From Gaiellaceae bacterium (lineage in GTDB: Bacteria > Actinomycetota > Thermoleophilia > Gaiellales > Gaiellaceae), in contig DASUCI010000054.1 in NCBI GenBank assembly GCA_035762825.1, forward strand, positions 1 to 54,654: a stretch of DNA of 54,654 nt, read 5' to 3'. Both the position numbers and the translations under genes were made by a program. This document shows positions 52,708 through 54,654 of the stretch, one piece after another; within the stretch, counting starts at the first letter, position 1, and each line of letters opens with the position of its first letter. The notes under the pieces are model-generated. The model worked only from the letters and a program-made list of their open reading frames with translations, ran no database searches and had not been told where the DNA came from.

Positions 52708-53536
52708 GGACGAGCGGCCGGACGTCGTCCCTGAAGTCCGCGCGCGCGAAGTCCTCGAGCCACCGGTCGGGCGTGATCAACGGGAAGTCCGACCCGAAGA
52801 GCACGCGGTCGCGCAGCAGCGTGTTCGCGTACTGGACCAGCTGCGGCGGGAAGTACTTCGGCGACCAGCCAGAGAGATCGATGTAGACCTGCTCCTTGTG
52901 CAGCGCGACCGAGATAGCCTCGTCCTGCCAGGGGAACGAGGGATGAGCGAGCACGATCTTCAGCTCGGGGAAGTCGACCGCGACGTCGTCCACGTACATC
53001 GGGTTCGAGAACTTGAGCCGGATGCCGCCTCCGCCCGGAAGGCCGGAGCCGATTCCCGAATGCCCCGTGTGGAAGAGCGCGGGCACGCCCGCCTCGGCGA
53101 CCACCTCGTACAGCGCGTAGAAGGCGCGATCGTTGGGATAGAACGCCTGCACGTTCGGGTGGAACTTGAACCCCTTGACGTCGTAGTCGCGGACGAGCCG
53201 CTTCGCCTCCTCCACCGCACGCGCGCCTTTGTTCGGGTCGATCGACGCGAACGGGATGAGCACGTCCGGATTCGCCGCCGCGACCTCGGCGATCTCTTCG
53301 TTCGGCACTGCCGGGCGCCCGGTCACCGTCTCCGCGTCGACGGTGAAGATGACCGCCGCAAGCTTGCGCTCGCGGTAGTAGGCCGCCACGTCCTCCACGG
53401 TCGGCAGCGCGTGCTCGCCGAAGTACGTGGCCGCCGCCGCGCGCCACTCCGGCCGCAGCCCGTCCTCGCCCGCGCGCCCGACCTCCGCGTGGACGTGGAC
53501 GTCGATCGCCTCGACGGCTGCGACGTCGATGGTCAC
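52667..53536 (-). CDS. amidohydrolase family protein (Amidohydro_2-like; CouO-like candidate)
   Basis: 289 aa from VTIDVAAVEAIDVHVHAE (HxH), then FHTGHSG, LAHPSFPW and GSDFP. GTG 53536 overlaps the SDR stop (GTGA). Confidence 0.7.
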   Translation of the reverse strand: MTIDVAAVEAIDVHVHAEVGRAGEDGLRPEWRAAAATYFGEHALPTVEDVAAYYRERKLAAVIFTVDAETVTGRPAVPNEEIAEVAAANPDVLIPFASIDPNKGARAVEEAKRLVRDYDVKGFKFHPNVQAFYPNDRAFYALYEVVAEAGVPALFHTGHSGIGSGLPGGGGIRLKFSNPMYVDDVAVDFPELKIVLAHPSFPWQDEAISVALHKEQVYIDLSGWSPKYFPPQLVQYANTLLRDRVLFGSDFPLITPDRWLEDFARADFRDDVRPLVLKQNAARLLGLAE

Positions 53537-54360
53537 GAGGTCATGCCGGTCATCTGGCCGCCGTTCACCGTGAGCACCTGGCCTTGCACGAAGTTCGACC
53601 ATGGGGAGCACAGGAAGAAGATCGCGCCCGCAGCCTCCTCGGGAGTGCCGGCTCGGCCGAGCGGGATGATCGTCGGCGCGAGCTCGCGCATCTGCTGGGG
53701 GATGCCGAGCCTGATCGCCTGACCGTCCCGTTCGATCGTGTCGCCGTTCTCGGAGGAAGCCGTCAGCCGGGTATCGATGAACCCGAAGGCGGCGGCGTTC
53801 ACGTTCACGTTGAACGGTCCCCATTCCCGCGCGAGCGTCTTCGTCAAGCCGACGAGCCCGGCCTTCGCAGCCGCGTAGTTGATCTGGCCGACGTTCCCCT
53901 GCGTGCCGGAGATCGAGGTGATGTTGACGACCTTCCGGAAGACTTCGCGGCCCTCCGCCTTGTCCTTCTTGCCTGCATCTCGGAGGTACGGAGCGGCACC
54001 GCGGAGAACCGCGAACGGCACCACGGTGTGGATCTCGAGCATCGCGCGGAACTGCTCGTCGCTCATCTTGTGCGCCATGCCGTCCCAGGTGTAGCCGGCG
54101 TTGTTGACCACGATGTCGATCTGCCCGAACGCGTCGACCGCGGCCTGGACGAGTGCCGCGGGAGCGCCCTCCGCCGTCAGGTCGCCTGCGAAGACGGCCG
54201 TCTCGCCATCGATCTCGTTCGCGGCCTGCTCGGCGACGTCGCCGTCGACGTCGTTGATCAGCACGCGCGCTCCGTGCTCGGAGAGAAGCGCGGCGGTCGC
54301 GCGACCGATGCCGCGCGCCGACCCAGTGACGATCGCCGCCTTGCCGTCGAGCACGCCCAT
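53533..54360 (-). CDS. SDR family oxidoreductase (candidate 3-hydroxyacyl-CoA dehydrogenase)
   Basis: 275 aa from MGVLDGKAAIVTGSARGIGRA (TGxxxGxG), with NNAG and YAAAK. ATG 54360 is preceded by GGAAAGGAAGG. Confidence 0.8.
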   Translation of the reverse strand: MGVLDGKAAIVTGSARGIGRATAALLSEHGARVLINDVDGDVAEQAANEIDGETAVFAGDLTAEGAPAALVQAAVDAFGQIDIVVNNAGYTWDGMAHKMSDEQFRAMLEIHTVVPFAVLRGAAPYLRDAGKKDKAEGREVFRKVVNITSISGTQGNVGQINYAAAKAGLVGLTKTLAREWGPFNVNVNAAAFGFIDTRLTASSENGDTIERDGQAIRLGIPQQMRELAPTIIPLGRAGTPEEAAGAIFFLCSPWSNFVQGQVLTVNGGQMTGMTS

Positions 54361-54384
54361 GGGGCGGGCCTTCCTTTCCGCGAT

Positions 54385-54399
54385 TTCAGGTTCCCTGAT
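54385..54399. promoter_or_regulatory. operator palindrome TTCAGG-N3-CCTGAT (site 4)
   Basis: TTCAGGTTCCCTGAT lies 25 nt upstream of the SDR ATG. On the coding strand it directly follows a TAGTAT -10-like hexamer. Confidence 0.55.
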
Positions 54400-54544
54400 A
54401 CTAGTCGGGGTCACGCGTAGGCGCGTAGGGCGTGCGTGCCGTCTCGACGTTAGGGGATCGCGCCGACAACCGCTGCGGACTTCGGGCTACGTTGTAGTCG
54501 ATCTCACGCTCCGACCAAATGCCGATTTGCAGGTAATTCAGCGA

Positions 54545-54617
54545 AGCCCTCTGACGGACTCGAACCGTCGACCCCCTCCTTACCATGGAGGTGCTCTACC
54601 GACTGAGCTAAGAGGGC
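54545..54617 (-). tRNA. tRNA-Thr (anticodon GGU)
   Basis: The reverse complement folds as a 73-nt cloverleaf: GCCCTCT TA GCTC AGTCGGTA GAGC A CCTCC ATGGTAA GGAGG GGGTC GACGG TTCGAGT CCGTC AGAGGGC T. No CCA is encoded. Confidence 0.9.
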
Positions 54618-54654
54618 AAGAGATCGGAGTGTAGCCCCCGTTTTCCGGAGGTCC

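Noticed and set aside
50680-52886. 502-aa minus-strand and 732-aa plus-strand ORFs over the fused permease gene.
   Set aside because: These are highly charged Arg/Asp/Glu-rich translations, which is incompatible with the clear multi-TM permease frame.
54401-54586. 61-aa minus-strand ORF next to and overlapping the tRNA.
   Set aside because: It overlaps the 3' part of the tRNA-Thr gene and the SDR promoter, and has no coding features.
8508-54617. Calling the 46-kb interval an active integrative element (ICE or prophage).
   Set aside because: No integrase, excisionase, relaxase or conjugation genes are seen, there is no obvious GC shift, and the repeat is degenerate. It is reported only as a possible relic boundary.
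1-54654. CRISPR arrays, IS elements or transposases, rRNA genes and toxin-antitoxin or defence systems.
   Set aside because: Visual scanning of the sequence found no regularly spaced repeats and no terminal inverted repeats flanking ORFs. The six-frame ORF translations contained no transposase, Cas or nuclease signatures.

Overview
This 54.6-kb window is very GC-rich and densely coding. It looks like an Actinomycetota-type chromosome, which is an inference from GC content, GTG/TTG starts and gene content. I call about 58 protein genes, one tRNA-Thr(GGU), one tRNA-Thr 3' remnant and several regulatory repeats. All product calls come from reading motifs in the supplied translations, because no database search was possible.

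- **1-8.5 kb, housekeeping and accessory genes:** partial ECF sigma factor, YCII, YcaQ, GNAT, DHFR-like, membrane proteins, a holin-like/AlkP fusion, a PQQ-propeller lipoprotein and TetR.
- **8.5-14.1 kb, aromatic amino-acid cluster:** trpE, trpG, small chorismate mutase, pheA, class II DAHP synthase, tyrA.
- **14.1-21.3 kb, mixed genes:** DUF1801, the DUF1326/DUF2182 pair, VOC, GNAT, a CPBP protease with a NarL-type two-component system, and an LLM oxidoreductase.
- **21.5-54.4 kb, a roughly 33-kb catabolic supercluster for lignin-derived aromatics:**
  - an eight-gene pcaIJHGBDC-pobA beta-ketoadipate operon;
  - two LivK-type ABC importers;
  - two GntR regulators and one MarR regulator;
  - two LigM-like tetrahydrofolate-dependent aryl O-demethylases;
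  - a MetF-MetV fusion;
  - a cou-like CoA-dependent hydroxycinnamate side-chain module;
  - a seven-gene, translationally coupled operon. It pairs GalB-like and LigK-like lower meta-pathway enzymes with a type I extradiol dioxygenase and two unassigned enzymes.

That seven-gene operon is the best candidate for an undescribed pathway variant. Two other signals stand out. A conserved palindrome, TTCAGG-N3-CCTGA(A/T), marks five promoter sites of the cou-like module. A degenerate tRNA-Thr 3' half lies in direct orientation 46 kb from the intact tRNA, which suggests relic island boundaries.
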